Assembly (NCBI GenBank): GCA_945900735.1 | Contig: CAMDJX010000002.1 | Span: 964 to 64,963 of the forward strand | Direction of reading: 5' to 3' | Length of the DNA stretch: 64,000 nucleotides | From: Acidimicrobium ferrooxidans DSM 10331 | GTDB taxonomy: Bacteria; Actinomycetota; Acidimicrobiia; Acidimicrobiales; Ilumatobacteraceae | Shown: piece after piece, positions 1 to 9,979 of the stretch | Numbering within the stretch: position 1 is the first letter of the stretch | Layout: every line of letters begins with the position of its first letter | Program-made: the position numbers and the translations under genes | The notes under the pieces: model-generated | Databases searched by the model: none | What the model was told of the DNA's origin: nothing | Seen by the model: the letters and a program-made list of their open reading frames with translations, nothing else

Positions 1-771
1 GGGCCACAAGAAAAGTGGGAGTTGTACAACATAGAAAAGGATTTCTCGCAGGCAGTGGACTTGGCGCTAACCCACCCCGACAAACTTGCCGAATTGCAAC
101 AGCTGTTCCACCAACACGCAACCGAATACGGCGTGTACCCATTGCGCGACCCAGGTTCGCCGCGACATGGAGAGTTTGCTGTGCCCCATTCCCTCGATGG
201 TTTTTCGTTCATGACATACACCGCCGCCCACGTGCGCATGCCGGAAAGCTCTGTCATCAATCTAAAAAACTGCTCGTACCAAATCACCGCTTCGATCGTT
301 GTGCAGACTTCGACGCCGCAGGGTGTCCTTGCATGTCAGGGCGGAAACATGGCCGGCTGGTCGCTGTACATCGACGAACAATCTCGGCCAACATTTCATT
401 ACAACTGGTTTGGTCATGAACACAGCGCAGTGCAACACCCGGCACCACTTTCGATGGGGCCACACGAAATTCGCCTTGCATTCGTTTACGACGGTGGCTT
501 CGGTGCAGGTGGCACAGCCGTGCTTACTGTTGATGATGGTGATGGCCACTCGGTACGAATTGATCGCACAGTGCCCCTAGTTTTTTCGATGAGCGGAGAA
601 ACTTTTGACGTGGGCATGGATACCGGCTCCCCCGTTGGCCCGTACCCTCACCAATTTCCGTGCACCGAAGAAATTGTCGGCGTTACTTTACAACGTCTGA
701 ATGAGCCGCCAAAAGAGATCCTAGAAAAGATGCGCGAAGGCGAATTTAGAGCGAGCATCAGCACGCAGTAA
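1..771 (+). CDS. Arylsulfatase, C-terminal part (5' truncated by window edge)
   Basis: Frame is open from base 1 (GPQEKWELYNIEKDFSQAVDLALTHPDKLAELQQLF), the typical sulfatase WELY..D.S...DLA...P.KL motif. It is followed by the LamG-like tail (GVLACQGG..GWSLY..FHYNWFG..ETFDVGMDTGSPV) seen in actinobacterial arylsulfatases. Confidence 0.8.
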   Translation, partial: GPQEKWELYNIEKDFSQAVDLALTHPDKLAELQQLFHQHATEYGVYPLRDPGSPRHGEFAVPHSLDGFSFMTYTAAHVRMPESSVINLKNCSYQITASIVVQTSTPQGVLACQGGNMAGWSLYIDEQSRPTFHYNWFGHEHSAVQHPAPLSMGPHEIRLAFVYDGGFGAGGTAVLTVDDGDGHSVRIDRTVPLVFSMSGETFDVGMDTGSPVGPYPHQFPCTEEIVGVTLQRLNEPPKEILEKMREGEFRASISTQ

Positions 772-777
772 GCGTGA

Positions 778-1446
778 TTACGAAACGAGCGGTGAAGCCA
801 AGTTCTTTCTCACCGCTAAATTCATTTCCTCGTCAAACGCACGCACATGTGCTTCCGCTAGCGCTGCGGCCTTGTCGCCATCACCAGCTGCAAGAGCTTG
901 ATACATCTCTGTGTGCTCTTCAACTGCATGGCGCATGTCGGCGACATCGGCAATGTAGAGGTGCCACAACCTATCGCTTTGCGCATACATCATGTCGAGT
1001 GTGTCGGTAAGAAAACGGTTGCCCGCGGCGTCCCAAACAATTTCGTGACACTTGCGGTCGATGCTCATAAGCTCGTCGTTGGATACGCCGGGTCGACGAG
1101 CGTTCTGCAAGTTGTCGGCCATTGCAACCCAATGTTCCTGCTTGCCTCGCGCCGCAGCCAGACGCATTGCGTATGGTTCCAAAATCGCCCTTGTCTCGTA
1201 CAGCATGGAAAGTTCCATCACGTCTATGCCGGAAACCAACATGCCCCGTCGTGGAATGACGGTGACGAATTGATCGCGCGCCAATCGCTGCAATGCCTCT
1301 CGGATAGGTGTTCGGCCAATGCCTAATTCGGCTTGAAGCGCGTCCTCGCGGATGACATCACCCGGCGCCATTTCAAGGCGCACGATTTTGTCGCGGATCT
1401 TGAGATAGGCCTGCTCACTTAGCGAAATACTCACGCCAGAGATCAT
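778..1446 (-). CDS. GntR/FadR-family transcriptional regulator (FCD domain)
   Basis: N-terminal wHTH (LSEQAYLKIRDKIV..LGIGRTPIREALQRL) and FCD effector domain (D..CHE....AAGN..L; EEH). Divergent from the catabolic cluster. Confidence 0.92.
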   Translation of the reverse strand: MISGVSISLSEQAYLKIRDKIVRLEMAPGDVIREDALQAELGIGRTPIREALQRLARDQFVTVIPRRGMLVSGIDVMELSMLYETRAILEPYAMRLAAARGKQEHWVAMADNLQNARRPGVSNDELMSIDRKCHEIVWDAAGNRFLTDTLDMMYAQSDRLWHLYIADVADMRHAVEEHTEMYQALAAGDGDKAAALAEAHVRAFDEEMNLAVRKNLASPLVS

Positions 1447-1462
1447 ATCCTCGATTTTTGCA

Positions 1463-1484
1463 GCTGATATAGCGCTGATATACT
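1463..1484. promoter_or_regulatory. Putative GntR operator (GCTGATATA x2) overlapping a TATACT -10 box
   Basis: GCTGATATA at 1463-1471 and 1474-1482 (11-bp period). TATACT at 1479-1484, in the gntR/oxidoreductase divergent intergenic region. Confidence 0.55.
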
Positions 1485-1557
1485 ACCAAATTGTCAAGGT
1501 CCAAATAAATATCGCCCCGACGCAGGTGCATCGGGGCTCTCGTTTCGGGGGTAACTC

Positions 1558-4101
1558 GTGAGTGAATTTCCAAGTCGCGCAAAGTGTGTGGTCATCGGCG
1601 CTGGCATCGTCGGCAATTGCCTCGTAGGGCACCTCTCAAAACTTGGATGGACCGACATGGTGCTCATCGACAAGGGACCACTCCCCAACCCCGGTGGTTC
1701 CACTGGTCACGCATCCAACTTTATTTTCCCAACCGACCACAACAAAGAAATGGCACTGCTCACTCTTGCTTCGCAGAAGCAGTACATCGACATGGGAATG
1801 AACGGAACATGCGGCGGCATCGAAGTTGCACGCACACCCGAGCGACTTGAAGAGTTCAACCGCCGTATGACCTCGGCAAAAGCTTGGGGAATTGATTCCA
1901 AGCTGCTTACCCCAGCAGAAATCAAAGAACTCGTTCCATTTGTTAACGAGAAAATTCTGCTTGGCGGCTTCTACACACCAAGCGTGTCGGTTGTTGACTC
2001 GCTGCAAACAGGAACCCTGATGCGTGAGAGCGCAGTTAAGGCCGGCCACGCCAAAGTATTCGCCAACACAGAAGTACTCGACCTTGAAGTGGTGAATGGA
2101 ACGATCAAAGCCGTAGTCACCAACAAAGGACGCATTGAGGCTGAGTATGTAGTTGTTGCTTGCGGCGTATGGAGCCCACGCATTGCACAAATGGCCGGCG
2201 CCAATATCCCACTCACGCCAGCAGTGCACCAGATGGCCGACGTCGGCCCGATCGACGTGCTGCAAAAGACCAACGCCGAAGTTGCGTTCCCAATTATTCG
2301 CGACATGGACACCTTCTGCTACGAGCGCCAATCAACGGGATCGATGGAAGTCGGCTCCTATGCGCACCGCGCAATCTTCATGCACCCAGACGACATCCCA
2401 TCCAACGAGGCATCTGCACTTTCGCCAACTGAGTTGCCTTTAACGCAAGATGACTTCGACCCGCAGATGGAACAGGCAATCGAATTGATGGAAATGCTCG
2501 GCGACGCCGAAATCAAATACGCCATCAACGGTTTGCTCTCACTCACCCCAGATGCCATGCCCGTGCTCGGCGAAACAGTTGAGGTTCGCAATTTGTGGTC
2601 GGCCGCTGCAGTCTGGATCAAGGAAGGCCCAGGCATCGCGCAATTGGTTGCCGAATGGATGACTTACGGCTATCCGCACCTGTGCGACCCACACTCGTCC
2701 GACATCAGCCGTTTTTACCCGCACGAAAAAACCGATCACCACATTTATGCCCGTTGCGATGAGCACTTCAACAAGACGTACGGCATTGTGCATCCTCGCG
2801 AGCAGTGGGGAACACAACGAGACATGCGCCGAAGCCCCTTCTACCCTCGCGAAGAAGCAGCCGGCGCAACATTCTTTGATGCGCGTGGCTGGGAACGCCC
2901 ACAGTGGTTCGCATCCAATGCCAAACTTGTTGACAAGTTTAAGGACCAGTGCGAACCGCGTGAAAGCGAATGGGACGGTCGCTGGTGGTCGCCAATTACC
3001 AACGCAGAGCACTTGCAAATGCGCGAGTCGGTTGGAATGGTGGATCTCACCGCATTCAACGAATTCGATTTCACAGGACCTGGTGTTGTTCAGTTCTTGC
3101 AGTACATGTGCGTGAATAACGTAGACGTACCTGTTGGCCGTTCCGTTTACACCCCACTCCTCACACCAGGTGGTGGCTTCCGCGGAGACCTCACCATCAT
3201 GCGTTTGGGCAACGAGCATTTCCGTGTGATCACCGGAGCATTCGATGGTGGGCGCGACAAGTATTGGTTCACCAAGTACATGCCGCAAGACGGCTCTGTG
3301 GTGTTTACCGACATGTCTGGCGCTCTGTGCACCATCGGCGTATGGGGACCAAACGCAGAAAAGACAATGGCTAAGGCAACACAGAACATCAACGCTGAAG
3401 GAAAGCTAGTTCCGTTTGATGTTTCGCAGGCCAACTTCCCTTACGGATCGGTACGAGATGTACTTATCGATGGCGTACCCGCAACAATGTTCCGCATTTC
3501 ATATGTCGGAGAAAATGGTTGGGAGGTCTACACCAAGATGGAGCATGGTCTTCGCATGTGGGACTCCATTGCAAAAGCCGGCGAAGAGTTCGAAATCATT
3601 CCAGTTGGAATGGGCGTCTATGCAGTGACTGGTCGCATCGAAAAGGGCTACCGCTTGATGGGAGCAGAACTAGAAAGCGAATACAACCCAGTCGAGGCCG
3701 GGCTCAACCGAGCCAAGGTGAAGTCTGCCGACTTTATTGGCAAAGCCGAGTACCTCAAGGCTCGCGATGAAAAACCAGCTGCCATTATGTGCACCCTCGA
3801 AATCATCGACCACACCAGCAAAGCTGGCATCAAGCGTTACCCAACTGGAGGCAACGAACCGATTCTTACCAAGAACGGAGAGCGCATCGTAGACAGCAAG
3901 GGTCGTGTGTCGCGAGTGACTACAGCAGGCGCAGCGCCATCGTTGGGCAAGTATCTCCTACTTGCTTATCTCACACCAGAGCATGCCGTTGAAGGCAACG
4001 AATTGCGCGTGATGTACATGAACGAGTTGTTCCCCGTGCGAGTTGCGCGAGTAGGCAGCCAACCGCTGTTTGACCCAACCGATTCGCGGATGAAGAGCTA
4101 G
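1558..4101 (+). CDS. Dimethylglycine oxidase/dehydrogenase-like flavoprotein with C-terminal GcvT (THF-binding) domain
   Basis: GAGIVG FAD motif, GGSTGHA covalent-FAD His motif as in DMGO, GWERP motif, GcvT domain (RESVGMVDLT; RISYVGENGWEVY; RIEKGYRLMG). Confidence 0.88.
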   Translation: MSEFPSRAKCVVIGAGIVGNCLVGHLSKLGWTDMVLIDKGPLPNPGGSTGHASNFIFPTDHNKEMALLTLASQKQYIDMGMNGTCGGIEVARTPERLEEFNRRMTSAKAWGIDSKLLTPAEIKELVPFVNEKILLGGFYTPSVSVVDSLQTGTLMRESAVKAGHAKVFANTEVLDLEVVNGTIKAVVTNKGRIEAEYVVVACGVWSPRIAQMAGANIPLTPAVHQMADVGPIDVLQKTNAEVAFPIIRDMDTFCYERQSTGSMEVGSYAHRAIFMHPDDIPSNEASALSPTELPLTQDDFDPQMEQAIELMEMLGDAEIKYAINGLLSLTPDAMPVLGETVEVRNLWSAAAVWIKEGPGIAQLVAEWMTYGYPHLCDPHSSDISRFYPHEKTDHHIYARCDEHFNKTYGIVHPREQWGTQRDMRRSPFYPREEAAGATFFDARGWERPQWFASNAKLVDKFKDQCEPRESEWDGRWWSPITNAEHLQMRESVGMVDLTAFNEFDFTGPGVVQFLQYMCVNNVDVPVGRSVYTPLLTPGGGFRGDLTIMRLGNEHFRVITGAFDGGRDKYWFTKYMPQDGSVVFTDMSGALCTIGVWGPNAEKTMAKATQNINAEGKLVPFDVSQANFPYGSVRDVLIDGVPATMFRISYVGENGWEVYTKMEHGLRMWDSIAKAGEEFEIIPVGMGVYAVTGRIEKGYRLMGAELESEYNPVEAGLNRAKVKSADFIGKAEYLKARDEKPAAIMCTLEIIDHTSKAGIKRYPTGGNEPILTKNGERIVDSKGRVSRVTTAGAAPSLGKYLLLAYLTPEHAVEGNELRVMYMNELFPVRVARVGSQPLFDPTDSRMKS

Positions 4102-4116
4102 TCGACAAATCCGACC

Positions 4117-4884
4117 ATGAAGATTCTTGTTTGCGTCAAGCGCGTACCCGCACCGGGTGCTCGCATCAACATCACCGACGATGGTCAGCAAGTTGACACT
4201 GCATTTCTTGGCTTTACCGTAAGCCCTCACGAGGAATGCGCAGTTGAAGCTGCCGTACAACTTGTTGAACAGCATGGTGGCGAAGTAACCGTGCTTACGC
4301 TCGGACCAGCCGAAGCAGAAGAACAACTTCGTACAGCCGTGAGCGTGGGCGCAGCGAAGGCTGTGCTCGTGCCGATAGACGGGCAAGATTGGGACCCTCA
4401 ACGCACGGCAAGCGCGATCGCATCGGTCGTTAATGAACTTGAAAGCGCAAACGGATCATTCGACTTGATCTTGTTCGGAAATGAATCTGCCGACTCGTGT
4501 GGTTACCAAGTTGGCGTGCGCGCGGCCCTAAAGCTTGCGCGACCAATGGTCAACGGAGCAAAGGGAATTGAAATTGACGGCGCATCTGCAAAGATTCGCC
4601 GCGAGAGCGATGCCGGCCAGGACATATACGTTCTGCCTATGCCTGCAGCAGTCGGTGTCAAAGAAGGCATCAACTTGCCTCGCTACCCCACGATGAAGGG
4701 ACGTTTGGCTTCGAAGAAGGTTGATATCTCGCGCAGTGAAACAACCGCATCCGTTGGTGGCCTCAAAATGATTCAGTTGCAGCGCCCGCCCGAGCGAGCG
4801 AGCAACACGCAGATACTTGGAACAGGCCCTGAAGCAGCATCTGCGATCGTTGACTTGCTGGAAGAGTTGGGAGTTTTCAAATGA
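4117..4884 (+). CDS. etfB: Electron transfer flavoprotein beta subunit
   Basis: MKILVCVKRVP start, DLILFGNESAD and INLPRYP motifs. Confidence 0.93.
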   Translation: MKILVCVKRVPAPGARINITDDGQQVDTAFLGFTVSPHEECAVEAAVQLVEQHGGEVTVLTLGPAEAEEQLRTAVSVGAAKAVLVPIDGQDWDPQRTASAIASVVNELESANGSFDLILFGNESADSCGYQVGVRAALKLARPMVNGAKGIEIDGASAKIRRESDAGQDIYVLPMPAAVGVKEGINLPRYPTMKGRLASKKVDISRSETTASVGGLKMIQLQRPPERASNTQILGTGPEAASAIVDLLEELGVFK

Positions 4885-5861
4885 GCGTTCTCGCCATTAT
4901 CGAACACGACCGCGGAACGCTCACTTCGGCATCACTTGGCGTGCTTACTGCCGCACGCAACCTCGCGCAACAAATGAACACGACGATGGAAGCATTAACC
5001 ATCGGGGCTAACGCCGATGCCCTTAGATCCGTCGCTGCCCAATATGGTGCAACGGTTGTTCACCAAGCGCATCACGACGCATTAACCGACTTTGGCCCAG
5101 AAGCATGGGGTGAGGCTGCGGCACAAATCATCACTTCCCTTTCGCCGCAACTGGTGATGGGAAGCGGAACCGAGCGCGGTCACGAAGTTGTTGCGCAGAT
5201 AGCAGCCCGACTCGACCTGCCCGCCTCCATGAACTGCACCGAATTTGATTCGTCGTTCGACGGAACCCAACCGCTGAAAGTTGTGCGTGCCCGCTGGGGC
5301 GGTTCTTTGCTCGAGCAAGCCGAAGTTGATGCACCGATCAAAATAGTGACTTTGGCAAACCACACGGTTGAACCGACAGAGGCACCAACAACGTCGACAA
5401 CAAATGTGATTGATGTGCAACTTGACGCATCCGTTCTGCATTCCATTGTCCGTGACCGCGTCGAGCGTGTTGCCGGAGTGACGCTTGCAACCGCCTCAGT
5501 TGTCGTGAGCGGTGGTCGAGGTGTTGGATCGGCCGAGGCATTTGCACCGCTAGAAGAGTTGGCCGCATTACTTGGCGGGGTTGTCGGTTGCTCTCGCGCG
5601 GTAACAAATAACGGTTGGCGCAACCACACGGACCAGGTTGGGCAAACTGGCACGCGCATTGCACCCGATATCTACATTGCCTGCGGTATTTCGGGGGCAA
5701 TTCAGCACTGGGTAGGGGCAATGGCCTCCAAAAATATCTTGGCGATCAATCTCGACCAAGAAGCCAACATTGTGACCAAGTCTGGTTATGCCGTGATTGG
5801 CGACCTGCACAAAGTAGTGCCCGCTGTCTCAGCAGAAATTCGGCGCCGGCGCGGGGTTTAA
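4881..5861 (+). CDS. etfA: Electron transfer flavoprotein alpha subunit
   Basis: VVSGGRGV, QVGQTG, YIACGISGAIQHWVG motifs; ATGA overlap with etfB. Confidence 0.95.
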   Translation: MSVLAIIEHDRGTLTSASLGVLTAARNLAQQMNTTMEALTIGANADALRSVAAQYGATVVHQAHHDALTDFGPEAWGEAAAQIITSLSPQLVMGSGTERGHEVVAQIAARLDLPASMNCTEFDSSFDGTQPLKVVRARWGGSLLEQAEVDAPIKIVTLANHTVEPTEAPTTSTTNVIDVQLDASVLHSIVRDRVERVAGVTLATASVVVSGGRGVGSAEAFAPLEELAALLGGVVGCSRAVTNNGWRNHTDQVGQTGTRIAPDIYIACGISGAIQHWVGAMASKNILAINLDQEANIVTKSGYAVIGDLHKVVPAVSAEIRRRRGV

Positions 5862-5960
5862 CCCAAGCCGATATGACCCGCTGGCGTTAGCCGCTGTAGC
5901 ATTTCTGCCTTGTGCCCCGAAGTTTCGGGGCGCTGACAACAGCAGCATCAAGGGGTATTT

Positions 5961-7511
5961 GTGACCGAAATCGAAACCGGTGGTCCGCGTCGTCGCGGAC
6001 GTGAGCGCCAAGCCGCAGGCCCACGCTCACGATTGCCAGAGCAGAAACCATTTCGTCAGCCCCAAATGCAATACCCGCCCACCAAGGTGGTGAGCGACGA
6101 CCAATTGGAGGCAATCCACACTGCGTCGCTGCGCATTCTGAGCGATTACGGAATCGACTTCTTGCTGCCAGAAGCCCGCGAGCTGTTGGCAAAGAACGGC
6201 GCAAAGGTCACCGACAACCGCGTGCGATTCGACCCCGAGATGGTGATGGAAACCATCAAGACTTGCCCTTCGGAATTTAAGTTGCATGCACGAAACCCTG
6301 CGCACACCCTGAACATCGGTGGCAACTGGATGGCATTCGGTTCGGTGGCCAGCCCACCAAACTTCATGGAGCTTGATGGCACTCGCCACGCAGGCAACCG
6401 ACAGAACTTCCAGGATCTCCTGAAGCTGTCGCAGATTTTTAACATCATTCACTTCGTCGCTGGCTACCCAGTCGAGCCCGTCGACTTACATGCCTCGATT
6501 CGACATATTGAATGCGCCTTCGACACGCTGACAATGACCGACAAAGCACTGCATTGCTACAGCCTGGGTCGTCAACGCAACCAAGACGTGCTTGAGATGA
6601 CACGCATTGCCCGCCAAGTGTCGCAGGAACAACTTGATAAAGAACCTTCGGTGTTCACCATTATCAACTCGTCCTCGCCGCTACGACTGGACACACCGAT
6701 GCTTCAAGGCATCATGGAGTTTTCTGCTCGCAATCAGATCGTCATCCTCACGCCGTTCACACTTGCCGGTGCAATGGCGCCAATCACGCTTGCCGGCGCG
6801 CTCTCGCAGCAAAATGCCGAAGCATTGGCCGGAATGGTGTTCACACAACTTGTTCGCCCCGGTTCGCCTGTTGCTTACGGTGGCTTCACCTCCAACGTGG
6901 ACATGCAGTCTGGTGCACCAGCGTTTGGCACCCCCGAGTACATGCGCACAGCCATGGCTGGCGGTCAACTAGCCCGCAGGTACAACGTTCCATACCGTTC
7001 GAGCAATGTGTGTGCAGCGAATGCGCTGGATGCGCAAGCCGCATACGAAAGCGTGTTTTCGCTTTGGGGCGCGATTCAGGGTGGCGTCAATGTGCTGATG
7101 CACGGCGCAGGCTGGATGGAGGGCGGGCTTCATGCATCGCTCGAAAAATTTGTGCTTGACGCCGACTTGTTGCAGATGGTTTCCGCCTATCTCGAACCCA
7201 TCGTTGTCGATGAGGCAACGCTTGCACACGAAGCAATTGGTGAGGTTGGCCCAGCTGGCCACTTCTTTGGCGTTCAACACACTCAAGACCGTTTCCGTGA
7301 TGCGTTCTACAAGCCGCTCATTTCCGATTGGCGTAATTACGAATCATGGGAAGAGGCCGGAAAGCCAACTGCCGATCAAAAGGCAAAAGAGTTGGCACAA
7401 ATCTTTCTTGAGGAGTATCAGCGCCCAGAAATGGACGCAGCAACTTATGAAGAACTTGATGCATTCCGCAAACGACGCGTTGCCGAGGGCGGCGTGGCAA
7501 CAGACTTTTAA
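5961..7511 (+). CDS. Trimethylamine methyltransferase (MttB) family protein, non-pyrrolysine, MtgB-like
   Basis: IINSSSPLRLD, TPFTLAGAMAPITLAGALSQQNAEALAG, GGFTSNVDMQSGAPAFGTPE, HGAGWMEGGL and VGPAGHFFG motifs; no in-frame amber codon. Confidence 0.92.
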   Translation: MTEIETGGPRRRGRERQAAGPRSRLPEQKPFRQPQMQYPPTKVVSDDQLEAIHTASLRILSDYGIDFLLPEARELLAKNGAKVTDNRVRFDPEMVMETIKTCPSEFKLHARNPAHTLNIGGNWMAFGSVASPPNFMELDGTRHAGNRQNFQDLLKLSQIFNIIHFVAGYPVEPVDLHASIRHIECAFDTLTMTDKALHCYSLGRQRNQDVLEMTRIARQVSQEQLDKEPSVFTIINSSSPLRLDTPMLQGIMEFSARNQIVILTPFTLAGAMAPITLAGALSQQNAEALAGMVFTQLVRPGSPVAYGGFTSNVDMQSGAPAFGTPEYMRTAMAGGQLARRYNVPYRSSNVCAANALDAQAAYESVFSLWGAIQGGVNVLMHGAGWMEGGLHASLEKFVLDADLLQMVSAYLEPIVVDEATLAHEAIGEVGPAGHFFGVQHTQDRFRDAFYKPLISDWRNYESWEEAGKPTADQKAKELAQIFLEEYQRPEMDAATYEELDAFRKRRVAEGGVATDF

Positions 7512-7535
7512 CTACTAGAGAAGGAAATTGAACTT

Positions 7536-9977
7536 ATGAAAACTTCTGCACGCGTAGTGGTTATCGGTGGCGGTGTTGTTGGCGCCTCCGTGCTGTATCA
7601 CCTCACCAAGGCCGGCTGGACCGACGTTGTCCTGCTCGAGCGCAAACAATTGACTGCTGGTTCCACATGGCACGCCGCCGGCGGTATGCACACGCTCAAT
7701 GGCGACCCAAACGTTGCTCGCTTGCAGCAATACACCGTCAATTTGTACAAAGAGATCGAGAAGGAGTCTGGCCAGAATTGCGGCATTCACTTGCCTGGTG
7801 GCTTGCAACTCGCCGACACACCAGAGCGTCTCGACTGGTTGAAGATGGCGCAAGCCCGTGGTCGCTACCTCGGCATGCACATGGAAATGCTGTCGATGAA
7901 AGAAGCAAAAGAACTCAATCCCCTACTTGAAGAGAAATATTTCGTAGGTGCGCTGTACGACGAAGACGAAGGTTCGGTAGACCCATACGGCGTAACACAC
8001 GCTTACGCAATTTGTGCTCGCAACCGTGGAGCCGAGGTGTACACCGAGACGTGGGTGACCGGCCTCAGCCAGCGTCTAGATGGAACATGGGACGTCATTA
8101 CCGACAAAGACCACACCATTCACGCAGAGCATGTTGTGAACGCAGGTGGCTTGTGGGCGCGCGAAGTGGGCCGCATGTGCGGTATTGAATTGCCAGTGTT
8201 GGCGATGGAACACCACTACCTGATGACCGAGCCGATGGAAGAAGTAATCGCGTACAACAAAGAAACCGGCCGCGAGCTTCCGCACATGATCGACTTCGCG
8301 GGAGAAATTTACGCTCGCCAAGAGGGACAGAGCATCTTGCTTGGAACCTACGAACAGAACAATCGTCCGTGGGCGCCAAAAGAAACACCATGGGACTTCG
8401 TATTCCAGTTGCTGCCACACGATTTGGAGCGCATTGCTCCAGAGCTCGAGCGCGGCTTTGCACACTTCCCCGCTGTGGGACGTGCAGGAATTAAGAAGTT
8501 CGTCAACGGCCCATTCACATTCTCGCCAGACGGCAACCCACTCGTGGGGCCAATCAAGGGCATGCGCGGTATGTGGTCGGCGTGTGCGGTTATGGCCGGC
8601 TTGTCGCAAGGTGGAGGCGTTGGGCTTTCGCTTGCCAACTGGATGGTGCACGGAGACCCTGGCGCAGACATCTGGGGCATGGACGTTGCCCGCTACGGCG
8701 ACTTCGCAACGCTGGAATACACCAACGCGAAGGTGCGCGAAAACTATTCTCGTCGATTCCGCATCACCTTCCCGAACGAAGAGCTTGCAGCAGCACGACC
8801 ACTGCACACAACACCTATCTACGACCGCTTGCTCTCGCACAACGCTGTTATGGGCGCGGGCTTTGGTCTCGAGCACCCACTGTGGTTCCAGGACAAAGGT
8901 CTTGAGCCAACTGAAGAGATCACGTTCTATCGTTCCAATGCATTCAAAAACGTGGGCGAAGAATCACGCGCAGTACGTGAGCGCGTTGGCTTTTCCGAAG
9001 CATCGAACTTTGCCAAGTACAAAGTCAGTGGCGAGGGTTCGGCCGCATGGTTGCAGCACCTCTTCACCAACGCATTGCCAAAGATCGGCAGAACATCGCT
9101 TACCGCAATGCTCAACCCAGAAGGCAAGATCGTTGGCGAGTTCTCGGTATCACGAATTGGCGAGGAAGAGTTCTTCCTCTTCGGTTCGCAGGCCGCAGAA
9201 GTACACCACCCTCGTTGGTTCCTCGCACACCTTCCCGAGAACAGCTCAATTCGCTTCGAGACACTTTCACTCTCGATGGTTGGTCTCACCGTTGCCGGCC
9301 CGCGCTCACGCGAAGTATTGCAGAAATTGACTGACACATCGCTTGCCACGAAGGACTTTCCTTTCATGGCATTCCGTCGGGTCAACATCGGCAAAGCGCC
9401 AGTGTGGCTGTCGCGTATGACCTACACCGGCGACCTGGGTTACGAAATCTGGATTGCACCCGAATACCAGCGTTATTTGTTCGACCTCATCTGGGAAGCC
9501 GGAAAAGAATTCGACATGCGCTTGTTCGGTTTCCGCGCACTCATCACCATGCGCCTAGAAAAGAACTTCGGCACTTGGTACCGCGAGTACCGCCCTATCT
9601 ACACACCGCTTGAGGCCGGCATGGATCGGGCAATGAAGCTCGACCACGACTTCATCGGACGTGCAGCGGTAGAAGCCGAAATGAAAACCGGACCTGCCCG
9701 CAAGTTGGTGATGTTCAAAGTGGACGTCGACCCAACAAGGCCGGCAGACGTGATCGGTGACGAACCTGTCTTCCATGATGGGAAAGTTGTTGGTTGGATC
9801 ACCTCGGGTGGGTTTGCGCATTACTCCGGCGTATCGCTTGCCCTTGGTTACATCTCAGCCGAACTTGCCACAGAGGGCACCACCGGTTTCGAAATCGAAA
9901 TCATTGGCAACATGCGCCCAGCCAGCTTGCAAATCGAGCCCGTGCTCGACCCAAGCGGCTCACGTATGCGCGCCTAG
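7536..9977 (+). CDS. Dimethylglycine/sarcosine dehydrogenase-like flavoprotein with GcvT domain
   Basis: VIGGGVVG, AGSTWHAAG (covalent-FAD His), VNGPFTFSPDGNPLVGP, TYTGDLGYEI and RLEK motifs; AAGGAA upstream of ATG. Confidence 0.9.
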   Translation: MKTSARVVVIGGGVVGASVLYHLTKAGWTDVVLLERKQLTAGSTWHAAGGMHTLNGDPNVARLQQYTVNLYKEIEKESGQNCGIHLPGGLQLADTPERLDWLKMAQARGRYLGMHMEMLSMKEAKELNPLLEEKYFVGALYDEDEGSVDPYGVTHAYAICARNRGAEVYTETWVTGLSQRLDGTWDVITDKDHTIHAEHVVNAGGLWAREVGRMCGIELPVLAMEHHYLMTEPMEEVIAYNKETGRELPHMIDFAGEIYARQEGQSILLGTYEQNNRPWAPKETPWDFVFQLLPHDLERIAPELERGFAHFPAVGRAGIKKFVNGPFTFSPDGNPLVGPIKGMRGMWSACAVMAGLSQGGGVGLSLANWMVHGDPGADIWGMDVARYGDFATLEYTNAKVRENYSRRFRITFPNEELAAARPLHTTPIYDRLLSHNAVMGAGFGLEHPLWFQDKGLEPTEEITFYRSNAFKNVGEESRAVRERVGFSEASNFAKYKVSGEGSAAWLQHLFTNALPKIGRTSLTAMLNPEGKIVGEFSVSRIGEEEFFLFGSQAAEVHHPRWFLAHLPENSSIRFETLSLSMVGLTVAGPRSREVLQKLTDTSLATKDFPFMAFRRVNIGKAPVWLSRMTYTGDLGYEIWIAPEYQRYLFDLIWEAGKEFDMRLFGFRALITMRLEKNFGTWYREYRPIYTPLEAGMDRAMKLDHDFIGRAAVEAEMKTGPARKLVMFKVDVDPTRPADVIGDEPVFHDGKVVGWITSGGFAHYSGVSLALGYISAELATEGTTGFEIEIIGNMRPASLQIEPVLDPSGSRMRA

Positions 9978-9979
9978 CC

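Noticed and set aside
5873..5890. Mini-ORF MTRWR as a leader peptide
   Set aside because: No RBS or attenuator geometry; expected by chance.
5920..5950. SAH riboswitch-like GGGGCGCTG..CAAC string before mttB
   Set aside because: The downstream CCAGGCTC-type element is missing and the spacing does not fit.
5961..7511. Pyrrolysine recoding in the MttB-family gene
   Set aside because: The ORF is full length with no in-frame TAG, and there are no pyl genes in the window.
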